A stretch of DNA of 64,000 nt from Halarcobacter sp. (GTDB lineage: Bacteria; Campylobacterota; Campylobacteria; Campylobacterales; Arcobacteraceae), in the NCBI GenBank assembly GCA_048571215.1, contig CP182352.1, positions 2,304,001-2,368,000 of the forward strand, given 5' to 3'. Numbering within the stretch: the stretch's first letter is position 1; every line of letters begins with the position of its first letter. Below the pieces are notes generated by a model. It was not told the origin of the DNA. It did not search any database and saw nothing but the letters and a program-made list of their open reading frames with translations. Made by a program: the position numbers and the translations under genes. Shown here piece by piece: positions 1 through 10,807 of the stretch.

Positions 1-646
1 ACATATGTTCACCAGCTGCTACTAATCCTGCAATATGTGCTATATCTGCAAAAAGGTAAGCTCCAACTGCATCAGCTATTTCTCTAAATTTTTTAAAATC
101 TATTTCTCTTGCATATGCACTAGCACCACAAACTATAATTTTTGGTTGAGTGATTTTTGCTATATCCATTACTCTATCATAATTTATTCTACCATCTAAT
201 TCTACACCATAATAAAAAGCAGAGTAATTTTTACCAGAGAAAGATGGTTTAGAACCATGGGTTAAATGTCCACCATGGGAAAGATCCATACCAAGAATTT
301 TATCACCAGCTTTTAACAATGCTGCATATACTGCTCCATTTGCTTGAGACCCTGCGTGAGGTTGTACATTTGCGTAATTACAGTTAAATATTTTACACGC
401 TCTATCTATTGCTAATTGTTCTGCTTTATCTGCAAATTCACATCCACCATAATATCTTTTTGCTGGGTATCCTTCTGCGTATTTATTTGTAAATACAGAA
501 CCCATTGTTTGCATTACTGCTGGGCTTGTGAAGTTCTCACTTGCTATCATCTCTAGGTGATCTGTTTGTCTTTGCAATTCATCTTCTATTATATCAAATA
601 GCTCTTTATCTGCTTCTTCTAGTGTTTGTTCACTTATGTAGCTCAT
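1..646 (-). CDS. glyA: Serine hydroxymethyltransferase, 5' part (runs off the window start)
   Basis: Translated by hand: [17 protein letters not shown]...[11 protein letters not shown]...[15 protein letters not shown]...[11 protein letters not shown]...[19 protein letters not shown] upstream; absent from the ORF track. Confidence 0.97.
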   Translation of the reverse strand, partial: MSYISEQTLEEADKELFDIIEDELQRQTDHLEMIASENFTSPAVMQTMGSVFTNKYAEGYPAKRYYGGCEFADKAEQLAIDRACKIFNCNYANVQPHAGSQANGAVYAALLKAGDKILGMDLSHGGHLTHGSKPSFSGKNYSAFYYGVELDGRINYDRVMDIAKITQPKIIVCGASAYAREIDFKKFREIADAVGAYLFADIAHIAGLVAAGEHM

Positions 647-732
647 CGTATACTCTCCCAAATCTTATATTTTATGAAAGTATAACAAAAGAAAAAAAAT
701 CAAACAATCCAAATATTGCTAAATATAATATT

Positions 733-1494
733 TTATAAAAAAATAAACATTTTAAGTGCAGAAACACCTAAATCTCTAGGTTCATCCCCTAAAGCTCTAA
801 TAGAATTACCTGTTGCATCCATCATTTGAGTTAAGATTACTTCAAATGAAAAATTAGAATAAGAGTATATAGACTCTTTTTTATTTTTTATATATTCTAA
901 ATTTTCTAAATCATCACTAGTAAAACTTTTATCTTTAAATTTTTTTTCCAGTTCTATTTGCCAATTATTTTGCCAAGTTAAAAAAAGATAATCACCATTT
1001 AAATCCCTATCAACTTTTATTTTCCATTTTATGATTTGAAGATTTTTATATAGTTTTTGTAATTTCTTTACATCATACTCTAAAGCTAACAATCTATGCC
1101 CTTTGTCAAGTTCATAAGCCTCAAATACCATATAATAAAGACCCAAAACCAAATAATCATTTCGTGCAGGTATATCATCTTTGCTAAAAGCCAATTGAAG
1201 ATAGTCTTTATAATTGTCCAAGACTATATTCTTATATTTCATTAAAAATATTTTTTCAGAACTATCTATTAGATTATAAATTTTACTAGAAAGTTTTTTA
1301 TCATAGGAAGTGGGATTTCTACTATCAAGCTTAGTTTTAAACTCTCTTAAGTGAGTTAGTATTTTTTTATAGTCATGTTTGAGTATAGTTGCTGCATTTG
1401 TTTGAAATACATCTTTAACATCATCTTGTTTAGGAATACAACCTGTAAAAAAGAGTGTAAAAAGCAAACTTAGAAGTAGTATCTTTTTTATCAT
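733..1494 (-). CDS. Hypothetical lipoprotein
   Basis: 253 aa ORF; signal peptide with lipobox-like FFTGC. Confidence 0.7.
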   Translation of the reverse strand: MIKKILLLSLLFTLFFTGCIPKQDDVKDVFQTNAATILKHDYKKILTHLREFKTKLDSRNPTSYDKKLSSKIYNLIDSSEKIFLMKYKNIVLDNYKDYLQLAFSKDDIPARNDYLVLGLYYMVFEAYELDKGHRLLALEYDVKKLQKLYKNLQIIKWKIKVDRDLNGDYLFLTWQNNWQIELEKKFKDKSFTSDDLENLEYIKNKKESIYSYSNFSFEVILTQMMDATGNSIRALGDEPRDLGVSALKMFIFL

Positions 1495-1597
1495 TAAATA
1501 TCTTTCATTAATTCTAATAATTTCTTATTATTTTAACATATGGATACATAAAATATATTTGCACTTATCTTTGTGCAACTACTTACAAGTTGAATTC

Positions 1598-3571
1598 TTA
1601 GTTCTCTTTTATATCTATAACGCTTGGTTCACCTAAATAATACCCTTGAGCATAATCTATATCTAATTCTTTAACCTTTGATAGAATCTCTTTGTTTGAA
1701 ACAAACTCAGCAATTGTTTTAACACCAATTCTTTGAGCAAATTCAACTATTGTTTTTGTTACAAGTTGAGATTTTTCATCTTTGTCAATATTTTTTATCA
1801 TACTTGCATCTATTTTTAAATAATCAAAATTTAATTTTAAAAGATATTCAAAGTTTGAATACCCTGTACCAAAATCATCTATAGAGATTGTTGCCCCATA
1901 TTTTTTTACAAGGGTTATAAAACTTATTATCTCATCATAATTATTGATACCTTCCGATTCAAGTATCTCAAATGTAATATTACTTGCAAAATCAAATAAT
2001 TTGAATTGATTTTCTATAAATTTAATGATTTCATCATTTGCCATATCATCTTTAGTTAGATTAATAGAAAATTTATACTTTGTTTTTTTACAAATATCAA
2101 AAGTTTTCTGAAGCATAATCAAGGTTAACTTAGAATAGAGTTTATTCTCTTTTGAAATATCTAAAAAATGTATAGGTACAATATAATCATCTTTATCACT
2201 TTCAATTCTCATTAATGCTTCATATTTAATAATCTCCATTGTATTACAATCAATAATAGGTTGAAAAAGTGGTACAATTTTATCATTATCTATTGCTCTC
2301 ATAAGCCTTTCAGTCCAACTTAATCTATTTTCATACTCTTTTAGGGTTCTCATCTCTTCAGTATATATAAGATAATGTTTTTTATCTTTTTTGGCAAGTT
2401 TAAGTGCCATATCTGCATTTGGAAGCAAAAGAGTTGATCCATGAGAGATTCCTATAGTAAGATTGATAAAAATTGTTTTCTTTTCAGATATTTTAAATTC
2501 ATATTTCCCTAAGTCTCCTATTATATAAGAAGCGATATTCCTAAAATCTTCTAAATCCATCGAACCATGTGATATTACACCAAATTCATCTGCATGCATT
2601 TTATATAATGTTGTAGTTGGAGGGAGAAGCTCTTTAAATTTATCTTTATACTCTAAAAGTATTTTATCTCCTATTTCATCTCCATATAGATTGTTTATTT
2701 GCTCAAATTTATCTATATTGATTATCATAAAGAGTAAATATTTATTATTATCCAAGTCTTCCAATAAGGCTCTTCTATTTTTTAAGCCTGTCAAATGATC
2801 ATAATAAAATTGATACTCTATTGAATCAAGCATTTCATTAAAAATTACTTGCATTGATTGTATCTCATTGATATCGTAATTCACAGCTACTCTTTGTTTG
2901 ATATCACTACTTTTTTTAATAATATTTGCCGTTTTAATAAAATTATTAATGGGAGTGAGCAAATATTTGTTAAAATTCAAAAACAATAAAATAAAAATTA
3001 TAAATGTGAAAGAAATAATGAAAATTGTGAATATATTAATCATATCATTTAGAGATATTTTCAAATCAGTAATAGGATAATTTATATTAATAACACCCAA
3101 TACATCCCCAGAAGTAGCATTCGTATGACAAGATTTACACTTGTCATTGGCAATTACGGGGAAATAATATTTAATAATATCTGAGTTAACTATATCTAAA
3201 GTTTCATCCCCTTTAAAAGCATTTTTAACACTTTTATCTGTAGTTCTTACTAATCTATCATTTTCAATATCTCCAAAGATATTAGCAACTTTATCACCTC
3301 TATAAACCATGATTTCAAGGTTTTTTTCTACTTTGTTAAGTCTATGTATAACTTCTTGAATATCGTCTTTATTCCAACCTTTTTGCATTGCTGAATACAT
3401 AGATTCAAATACTAATCTACTTGTTTTTTTTGCATCCACTTTTGCTAGATTTACTATAACATCTCTTTTTATATATTCAGTATATGCAAAGGCAAGAGCC
3501 AAAGTTATTAATAAAATAATAATAATCATTTTAGCTGTAAGTTGATTGTAGCTTCTATTTTTTTTTGACAT
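1598..3571 (-). CDS. Membrane c-di-GMP phosphodiesterase: periplasmic CxxCH sensor, degenerate GGDEF, EAL
   Basis: Two TM segments, CKSCH, DHLTGLKNR, HADEF in place of GGDEF, YEALMR and DDFGTGYS. Confidence 0.9.
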   Translation of the reverse strand: MSKKNRSYNQLTAKMIIIILLITLALAFAYTEYIKRDVIVNLAKVDAKKTSRLVFESMYSAMQKGWNKDDIQEVIHRLNKVEKNLEIMVYRGDKVANIFGDIENDRLVRTTDKSVKNAFKGDETLDIVNSDIIKYYFPVIANDKCKSCHTNATSGDVLGVININYPITDLKISLNDMINIFTIFIISFTFIIFILLFLNFNKYLLTPINNFIKTANIIKKSSDIKQRVAVNYDINEIQSMQVIFNEMLDSIEYQFYYDHLTGLKNRRALLEDLDNNKYLLFMIINIDKFEQINNLYGDEIGDKILLEYKDKFKELLPPTTTLYKMHADEFGVISHGSMDLEDFRNIASYIIGDLGKYEFKISEKKTIFINLTIGISHGSTLLLPNADMALKLAKKDKKHYLIYTEEMRTLKEYENRLSWTERLMRAIDNDKIVPLFQPIIDCNTMEIIKYEALMRIESDKDDYIVPIHFLDISKENKLYSKLTLIMLQKTFDICKKTKYKFSINLTKDDMANDEIIKFIENQFKLFDFASNITFEILESEGINNYDEIISFITLVKKYGATISIDDFGTGYSNFEYLLKLNFDYLKIDASMIKNIDKDEKSQLVTKTIVEFAQRIGVKTIAEFVSNKEILSKVKELDIDYAQGYYLGEPSVIDIKEN

Positions 3572-3808
3572 TTTTATTAAATCGTCTTTCTTCTTTATTT
3601 TTATAATCTATAACTTTACTTATGTCTCATTCTATCATAATTATTATTATGTTTCTAATATTTTTTAATTTTACTTTTTTTTATTTATTTTTTTGAGTTT
3701 AGTGTGATTTTTTTATTTAGTTTTGAAACTTAAATATAAAAATATTTCTAAGTAGTAATTATGTATTAATATTTGATTTAAATCTCTTTATTAATAGTCC
3801 TATTTAAT

Positions 3809-3841
3809 AAAAAAAGCCCCGTCAAAAAGGACAGGGCTTTT
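3809..3841 (-). terminator. Rho-independent terminator of valS
   Basis: AAAAGCCC-CGTC-AAAAAG-GACA-GGGCTTTT hairpin followed by a T-run on the minus strand. Confidence 0.75.
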
Positions 3842-3865
3842 AAAAATCGAACTAAAGTTTTTTTA

Positions 3866-6481
3866 TTAACTTAAAGAGCTTAATTCCGCTACAACTTTTG
3901 CAAGTTTATCTTTAGCGCTTGCTAAACCAGCCCTATTTTCTTCAATAACATTAGCAGGAGCATTTGCTACAAATTTTTCATTAGAAAGCATTCCAGATAG
4001 TTTAGCTATCTCTTTTTCTAATTTTTCTTGTTGTTTTGTTAGTTTATTAATAATTGGTGTCATATCAATTTCAGATGTTGGAAGATATACTTCTAAGTTA
4101 TCACTAACATCAGTAATTGAGTTCTCAACTTTTGCATCTACAAACTCAATATCTTCAACTTTTGCAAGTTTTTCGATAAATGGTTTTGCTACATTTGTAT
4201 CAATTTGTTTATCAAGTTTGATATATGCTTTTGCGATTTTACTATTACCCATATCTATTACAACTTTTGCTCTTCTAATAGCAGTAATTGCCTCTTCGAT
4301 AATTGCAAAACTAGCTTCTATCTCATCATCTTTTTTGATATCTTTAGGGAAATTCATAATCATAACTGAATCACCCTCTTCTAGTGTAGTACCACTTAGT
4401 TTGTGATATAAATAATCTGCAATAAATGGCATAAATGGAGATATCATTTTAAGAGTCTCTTTAAATATAGCTCCAAGTTCTACAATAGAATCTTTTGAAG
4501 CCTTTGAATACTCAATACCCCAATCACAAAACTCATTCCATACAAATTTATAAAGACTACTAGCAGCTTCATTAAACTTATAAGCCTCAAGTGTTTCTCT
4601 AATATCTTCAACCGCATGAGAAAGTCTACTTTGCATATATAAACCAAGTGGTGTTTTGATCTCAATATCTTTTAAATCAGGGAAAGTATCCACATTTAAT
4701 TGTAAGAAATTTGATGCATTGTAAAGTTTATTTGTAAAGTTTCTAAACTGCTCTAAGTTTTTAGCTCCAAGTTTGATATCTCTTCCTTGAACAGCTAAAA
4801 AAGCAAGTGTAAACCTAATAATATCAGCACTATGCTCTTCAACCATATCAAGTGGGTCTATAACATTCCCTTTTGATTTAGACATCTTAGCCCCATGTTC
4901 ATCCCTAACAAGAGCATGCATATAGATATCTTTAAAAGGTAATTCCCCTTGGAAATGTTCCCCCATCATCATCATTCTAGCAACCCAGAAAAACATAATA
5001 TCAAAACCTGTGATAAGTAGTGAGTTTGGATAAAAGTTTTTCATATCTTCAACTTCATTATATAACTCTTGAAGTTTTCCATTATTTCCCCAACCAAGTG
5101 GTGACATAGCCCATAAAGCTGAACTAAACCAAGTATCCAAAACATCTGGGTCTTGTATCATTTTTTTACTTGAACATTTTGGACAAGATTCTGGTTGATC
5201 AGCTTTATCAGCCCATTGATGACCACACTCTTCACAGGTAAATACAGGAATCCTATGTCCCCACCAAAGTTGTCTTGAGATACACCAAGGTCTTAACTCA
5301 TCCATCCAAGCCGTATAAGAGTTGATCCAATGTGCTGGGTGAAAGTTGTTGTGTGCTTTTGTTTTTTCAATTGAGTTTTTAGCAATATCTTCACTTAAAA
5401 ACCATTGTTGTGAAATAAATGGCTCCACAATATTTTTACATCTATAACAATGACCCACTTGATGAACATGCTCATCTATTTTTACTATATAACCCTCAGC
5501 TTGAAGTTTTTCAACAATAGGTTTTCTAGCTTCTAGTCTCTCAAGTCCAGCAAACTCTCCGCAATAATCATTTAAAATACCCTTTTCATCAAATACTTTA
5601 ATAAACTCTAAATCGTGTCTCTTACCAACTTCGTAGTCATTTTGGTCATGTGCAGGAGTTACTTTTACAACCCCTGTTCCAAACTCCATATCAACATGTG
5701 AATCTGTAATAACCTTAATCTTTCTATTAGTTAGAGGAAGAAGTACCTCTTTACCAACAATATCCGTATATCTGCTATCCTCAGGATGAACCATAATAGC
5801 AGTATCTCCAAAATATGTTTCTGGTCTTGTAGTTGCAACTTGTAATTCACCTGAACCATCTGCAAACTTATAAATCATGTGATAAAACTTACCATTTACC
5901 TCTTCATGTTCAACTTCGATATCAGATAAGGCTCCATCATGGGTACACCAATTTACCATATAATTATTTTGTGTAATTTTCCCTTCATTGTATAAAGAAA
6001 CAAAAGCTTCTTTAACAGCTTCTTTAAGTCCCTCATCCATAGTAAACCTCTCACGCTTCCAAGCGGGAGATACACCTAATTTTCTCATTTGATGAACAAT
6101 ATTTCCACCTGAAGTTTCTTTTTGTTTCCAAGCTCTTTTTAAAAACTCTTCTCTACCAATCTCTTCTTTTGTAGTACCTTCCGCTAAAAGTTGTTTTTCT
6201 ACAACATTTTGAGTAGCAATACCTGCATGGTCTGTTCCTGGTTGCCAAAGAGTTTTATACCCATCCATTCTCTTATAACGAGTTATAATATCTTGTAATG
6301 TAAATGTTAAGGCATGACCAATATGTAAAGAACCGGTTACATTTGGAGGAGGCATCATAATCGCAAAATTTTTACCATCTTCTTGGATAGGCTCATTTCC
6401 AGTTATCTCAAAATAACCCCTATCTTCCCAGATTTTATAATATTTGTCTTCTACTATTGAAGGTTCATACTTTTCACTCAT
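3866..6481 (-). CDS. valS: Valine--tRNA ligase
   Basis: PPPNVTGSLHIGH, KMSKS and WCISRQLWWGH motifs; C-terminal coiled coil. Confidence 0.99.
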   Translation of the reverse strand: MSEKYEPSIVEDKYYKIWEDRGYFEITGNEPIQEDGKNFAIMMPPPNVTGSLHIGHALTFTLQDIITRYKRMDGYKTLWQPGTDHAGIATQNVVEKQLLAEGTTKEEIGREEFLKRAWKQKETSGGNIVHQMRKLGVSPAWKRERFTMDEGLKEAVKEAFVSLYNEGKITQNNYMVNWCTHDGALSDIEVEHEEVNGKFYHMIYKFADGSGELQVATTRPETYFGDTAIMVHPEDSRYTDIVGKEVLLPLTNRKIKVITDSHVDMEFGTGVVKVTPAHDQNDYEVGKRHDLEFIKVFDEKGILNDYCGEFAGLERLEARKPIVEKLQAEGYIVKIDEHVHQVGHCYRCKNIVEPFISQQWFLSEDIAKNSIEKTKAHNNFHPAHWINSYTAWMDELRPWCISRQLWWGHRIPVFTCEECGHQWADKADQPESCPKCSSKKMIQDPDVLDTWFSSALWAMSPLGWGNNGKLQELYNEVEDMKNFYPNSLLITGFDIMFFWVARMMMMGEHFQGELPFKDIYMHALVRDEHGAKMSKSKGNVIDPLDMVEEHSADIIRFTLAFLAVQGRDIKLGAKNLEQFRNFTNKLYNASNFLQLNVDTFPDLKDIEIKTPLGLYMQSRLSHAVEDIRETLEAYKFNEAASSLYKFVWNEFCDWGIEYSKASKDSIVELGAIFKETLKMISPFMPFIADYLYHKLSGTTLEEGDSVMIMNFPKDIKKDDEIEASFAIIEEAITAIRRAKVVIDMGNSKIAKAYIKLDKQIDTNVAKPFIEKLAKVEDIEFVDAKVENSITDVSDNLEVYLPTSEIDMTPIINKLTKQQEKLEKEIAKLSGMLSNEKFVANAPANVIEENRAGLASAKDKLAKVVAELSSLS

Positions 6482-6591
6482 CTAAATTCCTATGTTTTGA
6501 TTGCATTGTTTTTAAAATATCCGCGATTATATCCAAAAAAGGTTTTATTTTAGGTAACACATCTAATTTGTAAATGTTTATTTTTATAAAG

Positions 6592-6622
6592 TAAGTACTA
6601 AAGTAAAGTGCTTTAGTACTTA
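6592..6622 (-). terminator. Hairpin after the flotillin gene
   Basis: TAAGTACTAAAG-N7-CTTTAGTACTTA perfect 12-bp stem just past the stop codon. Confidence 0.6.
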
Positions 6623-6626
6623 GAAG

Positions 6627-8330
6627 TTATTTGTTTAAATCTTTTGTAAAGCTATTTAAATCAGCTCCATCAAGGTTTAATTCTTTTAGTAGTGAGTCTA
6701 CTATAGGTGATTGAGCTCTATATTTTAAGGCACTATTTACAAGTTGGTCAGGTAAAGAATCTGATGCTGAACTATTTGATTGTTCCCCACTAGAGCTTTG
6801 TCCTTGTTGACTTAGTCCATCAACTTGCAATATTTTGATACTCTCTATTTGTTCCATTGGTTTTACACTTTGAGCAATTATTTCAGGTAATTGTTCTATG
6901 AGTTTTAGTTTTATTTGCATAGCAATTTGATCTACTGATAAGGTATTTGATGCATTATTAATAGCCTCTTTTCCTTCAGCTTCAACTTTATATTCAATCG
7001 CTTTTGCTTCTGCTTTTAATTTTTCTGCTTCATTATCACTTTTTGCTGTAATAATTGCTTTATCAGCTAAACCATGAGCTAAGATTCTTTGTGCTTCTGC
7101 TTGATCTTCTGCCGCTTGTTTCTCTGCTTCTGCACCAACTTTTATGCTAATAGCTACTTTTTCTGCTTCTTGTGAAGCTTCAACTAATTCAATAGATTTA
7201 GTTCTTTCTGCAACCTCTGTTTCCCTTACAGTTTTAACTTTTTCTTCTGCTTTTACAGCCTCTGCTCTTGCTTCATCTGCTTGTGCTTTTGCAATAGATT
7301 GCATTTTTGATTTTTCTGCAACTGCAATCTCTCTATCTTGGTTTGATAGTTCTATTGATTTATTTTTTTCAATATTCTTTTCTTCTAATAATTGTTCTTT
7401 TAAAATTCTTGCTTGTTCAGTCTCTTTTTCTGAGGCAATTCTTTTTTGTTCAATCTCTTGATCAGCAAAGATTTTTGAATTTTCTGCTTCTTTTCTTTGT
7501 TCTGCTTCCTCTTTAGCAATCTCAGTAACTTGAGAAGCTCTTCTTACTGCTACTTCTCTTTCTTGTTGTAAAACGGCATACTCTTCTTCTTTTTTAATCT
7601 CTAAAGATAATCTTCTTGTTTCTAAGTCTTTTTTCTCTATTTCTACAGCGGTATCTCTTTCTATATCATTTCTTATTTTTCTTCTTGCTTCAATCTCTTG
7701 AGTTAATCTTGTAAGACCCTCTGCATCAAAAGCATTATCTGGATTGAAATACTCTTTACTTGTTTGGTCAAGTCCTGTTAAAGAGACTGATTCTAATTCT
7801 AAACCATTTTTTAATAAGTCTTCAGATACAACTTGTTGTACTTTTTGAACAAAATCTACCCTTTGCTCATGTAATTCAACCATATGCATTTCAGCAGCAA
7901 CTGCTCTTAGGGCATCTACAAATTTTCCCTCTATTAACTCTTTTAGCAAATCAGGTTGAGTAGTTCTTATACCCAACGTTTGAGCTGCAAAAGCAATTGA
8001 TTCATTTATAGGTTTAACCCTTACATAAAATTCAGCTAAAACATCAACCCTCATTCTATCTTTGGTAATAAGTGCTTGTTCATTTGACCTTTGAACTGCA
8101 AGTCTTAAAGTATTCATATTTACAGGGATTATCTCGTGTAAAATTGGTAATACAATAGCACCACCATTCATAATAACTTTTTCACCACCTAATCCTGTTC
8201 GTACAAAAGAGATCTCTTTTGAAGCTCTTTTGTATAATCTTGTAAAAATCATTCCAAGTGTAATTAATGCAAGTATTATAGTTGCTGGAATAACTAATGC
8301 CATTGATGATAAATCTAATCCAAAATCCAT
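6627..8330 (-). CDS. Flotillin/SPFH family inner-membrane protein (YqiK-like)
   Basis: N-terminal TM, SPFH domain (ALITKDRMRVDV, GLELESVSLT, FDAEGLT), long EA-rich coiled coil. Confidence 0.92.
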   Translation of the reverse strand: MDFGLDLSSMALVIPATIILALITLGMIFTRLYKRASKEISFVRTGLGGEKVIMNGGAIVLPILHEIIPVNMNTLRLAVQRSNEQALITKDRMRVDVLAEFYVRVKPINESIAFAAQTLGIRTTQPDLLKELIEGKFVDALRAVAAEMHMVELHEQRVDFVQKVQQVVSEDLLKNGLELESVSLTGLDQTSKEYFNPDNAFDAEGLTRLTQEIEARRKIRNDIERDTAVEIEKKDLETRRLSLEIKKEEEYAVLQQEREVAVRRASQVTEIAKEEAEQRKEAENSKIFADQEIEQKRIASEKETEQARILKEQLLEEKNIEKNKSIELSNQDREIAVAEKSKMQSIAKAQADEARAEAVKAEEKVKTVRETEVAERTKSIELVEASQEAEKVAISIKVGAEAEKQAAEDQAEAQRILAHGLADKAIITAKSDNEAEKLKAEAKAIEYKVEAEGKEAINNASNTLSVDQIAMQIKLKLIEQLPEIIAQSVKPMEQIESIKILQVDGLSQQGQSSSGEQSNSSASDSLPDQLVNSALKYRAQSPIVDSLLKELNLDGADLNSFTKDLNK

Positions 8331-8339
8331 ATTTTCCCT

Positions 8340-8999
8340 TTATTTTAATTTTTCTGGTATATCTTTTATTGCAAAAAAAAGTTTTTCATTTTGCCCTGAG
8401 ATTAAAACTTTTTCCCCTTGTAAAAAAACATCATTTTCATTTTCTGGTTCAATCATAAAATAATGAACCTGACCACTTTGATCTCTTACTTTTGCTTCTG
8501 CTGGTGAACCTTTTTTTGCTTTGCCTAAAGTTATAATTGCTATATGTCCTATTAGTTCATTTTTTGATATTGATGAAGTTTCATCTTTTGGTAAAATTTT
8601 TGCTACTATTCCACCAAAAATTCTTAAACTAATAATTGAACAAATAAAAGTGGGAATTAATACTATATATTGAAGCCACAAAATCCCCAAAAAACTATAT
8701 AATACAGCTTGTATTAATAATCCAATAAGGGCAAATGAAGTTAAAAATATCACTAGCAACATCATAATAGGAACTTCTTTTAGCCTAATCCAACCAAAAA
8801 ATTTAGTTAAAGAAAACTCTGTATCCACATCAAAATCCAAATCTGTATCAAAATCTGGAATTAGTGAATCAAGCATGTCAGATAAGCCTAAGCCTATTAA
8901 AACAAAAGCACCTTCTAACAAAGCAATAAATATCATCAATATAAGAGCACCAGTAAAGATAATATTATTACTGTTAAATAAGAAATCTATTAGACTCAT
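8340..8999 (-). CDS. YqiJ-like membrane protein with C-terminal NfeD-type OB fold
   Basis: TM helices; LIG..A.ITLG.A..G.PAEAKVRD..GQ.HY motif; directly upstream of the flotillin gene. Confidence 0.85.
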   Translation of the reverse strand: MSLIDFLFNSNNIIFTGALILMIFIALLEGAFVLIGLGLSDMLDSLIPDFDTDLDFDVDTEFSLTKFFGWIRLKEVPIMMLLVIFLTSFALIGLLIQAVLYSFLGILWLQYIVLIPTFICSIISLRIFGGIVAKILPKDETSSISKNELIGHIAIITLGKAKKGSPAEAKVRDQSGQVHYFMIEPENENDVFLQGEKVLISGQNEKLFFAIKDIPEKLK

Positions 9000-9628
9000 T
9001 TTCTATTTGCTTTTAAACTTTGCAATCTTTCTGATACTCTATTATCTCTTGATAATTTATCAAGTTCTGCTAATTTCATATCATCATTATTTAAAAACTT
9101 AGAATCCACCCCTGTATTTACCCTATTAAAAGCCTCTTCAGCTTTTTGCATATTGTTATTTATATTTGAAGAGGTTTTTTCCTCTTTATTGATTTTAATA
9201 AACTCTTCAAGCTCCTTTTGCATCTCTCTTTTTTTTGCATTTAAAGCATCAATATAGTTTTCTAGCTTAGTTATGTTTTTTTGTATTTGTGAAACTGTTT
9301 CCTCTAAAATAGGAATTTGTGTTTCAATATCCATTTGTCTAGATATTGCAGATTTAGCCAAATCATCCCTTTGTTCTGAGATTGCTATCTCTATTTGCTC
9401 TGTAAGTTTTTCATATTTTGATTTTTCATTTTCCATTTGTTGTTTAGTTTTTCTAAACTCAATAGTCTCCTTACCCAATGAAACCTTTACCTCATCAATA
9501 GTTGAATCAATCTCTCTAATTGTCTCTTTCATTACAAGTTCAGGAGAAAGCGATTCAGCTTTATCAATCACAGCATTTATACTTCCAGAAATCAGCCTAC
9601 TAACCCTCGATGTTATATTTTCATTCAT
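8996..9628 (-). CDS. PspA/IM30 family protein
   Basis: N-terminal amphipathic helix (RVSRLISGSINAVIDKAE..PE), RDDLAK motif, coiled coil. Confidence 0.85.
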   Translation of the reverse strand: MNENITSRVSRLISGSINAVIDKAESLSPELVMKETIREIDSTIDEVKVSLGKETIEFRKTKQQMENEKSKYEKLTEQIEIAISEQRDDLAKSAISRQMDIETQIPILEETVSQIQKNITKLENYIDALNAKKREMQKELEEFIKINKEEKTSSNINNNMQKAEEAFNRVNTGVDSKFLNNDDMKLAELDKLSRDNRVSERLQSLKANRK

Positions 9629-9657
9629 TTACTTATCCTTCAAAGTTGAGATAAAAT

Positions 9658-9690
9658 ATAATAAATAAAAAACGTCACATTTCCGTCACA
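9658..9690 (-). promoter_or_regulatory. Putative promoter of the pspA operon with TGTGACG-N4-TGTGACG direct repeat
   Basis: + strand CGTCACA at 9673-9679 and 9684-9690; on the minus strand a TATTAT hexamer follows 9 nt downstream; same layout at 20551-20583. Confidence 0.55.
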
Positions 9691-9809
9691 AATTAACTAA
9701 ATTTTGAAATTTTTATCAAAAAAACCTATTTCTAAATCTTTCTAAAACTTTTTGGATTTTTATTTAAGCTTTAATTCTTATAATCCTTAGCTTGAAGAAT
9801 GGAGAAAAG

Positions 9810-10739
9810 ATGGATATAACAAAAACGATTGAGGATTTTTTATTTCATTGTATATATGAAAAAAATCTAAGTGAAAAGACAATTAAAGCATATAAAATAG
9901 ATTTAAATCAATTTAAAAAATTTAATACTTGTAAAAACATAAAAGATATAGATAAATATACCTTAAAGGAGTATCTAAAACTATTATATGAAAAAAAACT
10001 AAAAGAGAAAACTATAAAAAGAAAGTTTGCAACGCTTAAAGCTATGTTTACTTACCTTGAGTTTGAAGAATATATTTTAGTAAGTCCATTTAGAAAAATG
10101 AAACTAAGTATAAAAGAACCTCAAAGACTTCCTAAAACAATAGAATTAAAAGAGATAAAAAAGCTTTTTATTTATGTATATAAATTAAAAAATCAGTTCA
10201 AAAATAAAAATACCTATACATACAAAAGTATCATAAGAGATATAGCTGTACTAGAACTGCTTTTTGCAACAGGTGTAAGAGTAGCAGAAGTTTGTGACAT
10301 AAAAACAAAAGATTTCAGCTCAAACTTTAGTGAACTTAAAATCATAGGAAAAGGAGACAAGCAAAGAACAATACATATCTGTAACAATGAAGTAAAAAAT
10401 GCCCTAAAAGAGTATCAACTTTTCTTCAAAGAAAAGATAAAAAAAGACGACAACTTTTTTATAAATAGATTCAATAAAAAATTATCAGAACAATCAGTTA
10501 GATTTATGATTAGAAAATATCAAGAACAAAGTAAAATAGAAAAACATCTAACCCCACATATGTTCCGCCATAGCTTCGCCACTCTACTTTTAGAAGAAGG
10601 AGTAGATATACGATATATCCAACATATGCTAGGACATAGTTCAATATCAACCACACAAATATATACAAAAGTAAGTCTGAAACATCAAAAGAAAATTTTA
10701 AATACCAAACATCCTAGACGAAGTTTTGAAGTAGATTAA
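9810..10739 (+). CDS. Tyrosine recombinase (Xer-like, no arm-binding domain), probable invertase/integrase
   Basis: Complete catalytic set: GVRVAE (R), GKGDKQR (K), HMFRH, LGH, TTQIY; ATG 9810 has a GGAG RBS (ORF track starts at TTG 9792). Confidence 0.95.
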   Translation: MDITKTIEDFLFHCIYEKNLSEKTIKAYKIDLNQFKKFNTCKNIKDIDKYTLKEYLKLLYEKKLKEKTIKRKFATLKAMFTYLEFEEYILVSPFRKMKLSIKEPQRLPKTIELKEIKKLFIYVYKLKNQFKNKNTYTYKSIIRDIAVLELLFATGVRVAEVCDIKTKDFSSNFSELKIIGKGDKQRTIHICNNEVKNALKEYQLFFKEKIKKDDNFFINRFNKKLSEQSVRFMIRKYQEQSKIEKHLTPHMFRHSFATLLLEEGVDIRYIQHMLGHSSISTTQIYTKVSLKHQKKILNTKHPRRSFEVD

Positions 10740-10780
10740 TACTAGATAATATTTTTAGTTTTTTATTGTCTTTTTTAATG

Positions 10781-10807
10781 AAGGATAATAGGATATTATG
10801 AATAATA
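10781..10807 (+). repeat. Inverted repeat, left copy (IR-L), containing the RBS and ATG of the 807-aa gene
   Basis: AAGGATAATAGGATATTATGAATAATA is the exact reverse complement of 20481-20507 (27/27; 31/32 if extended to 10812). Confidence 0.95.

Noticed and set aside
541..738. 65-aa plus-strand ORF
   Set aside because: Antisense shadow of the glyA 5' end, which the ORF track missed because it runs off the window.
9810..10739. Housekeeping XerC/XerD/XerH, integron integrase or prophage integrase
   Set aside because: No phage genes, attC-like arrays or recognisable IntI insertion; its position beside IR-bounded accessory cargo favours a local recombinase. No gene symbol assigned.
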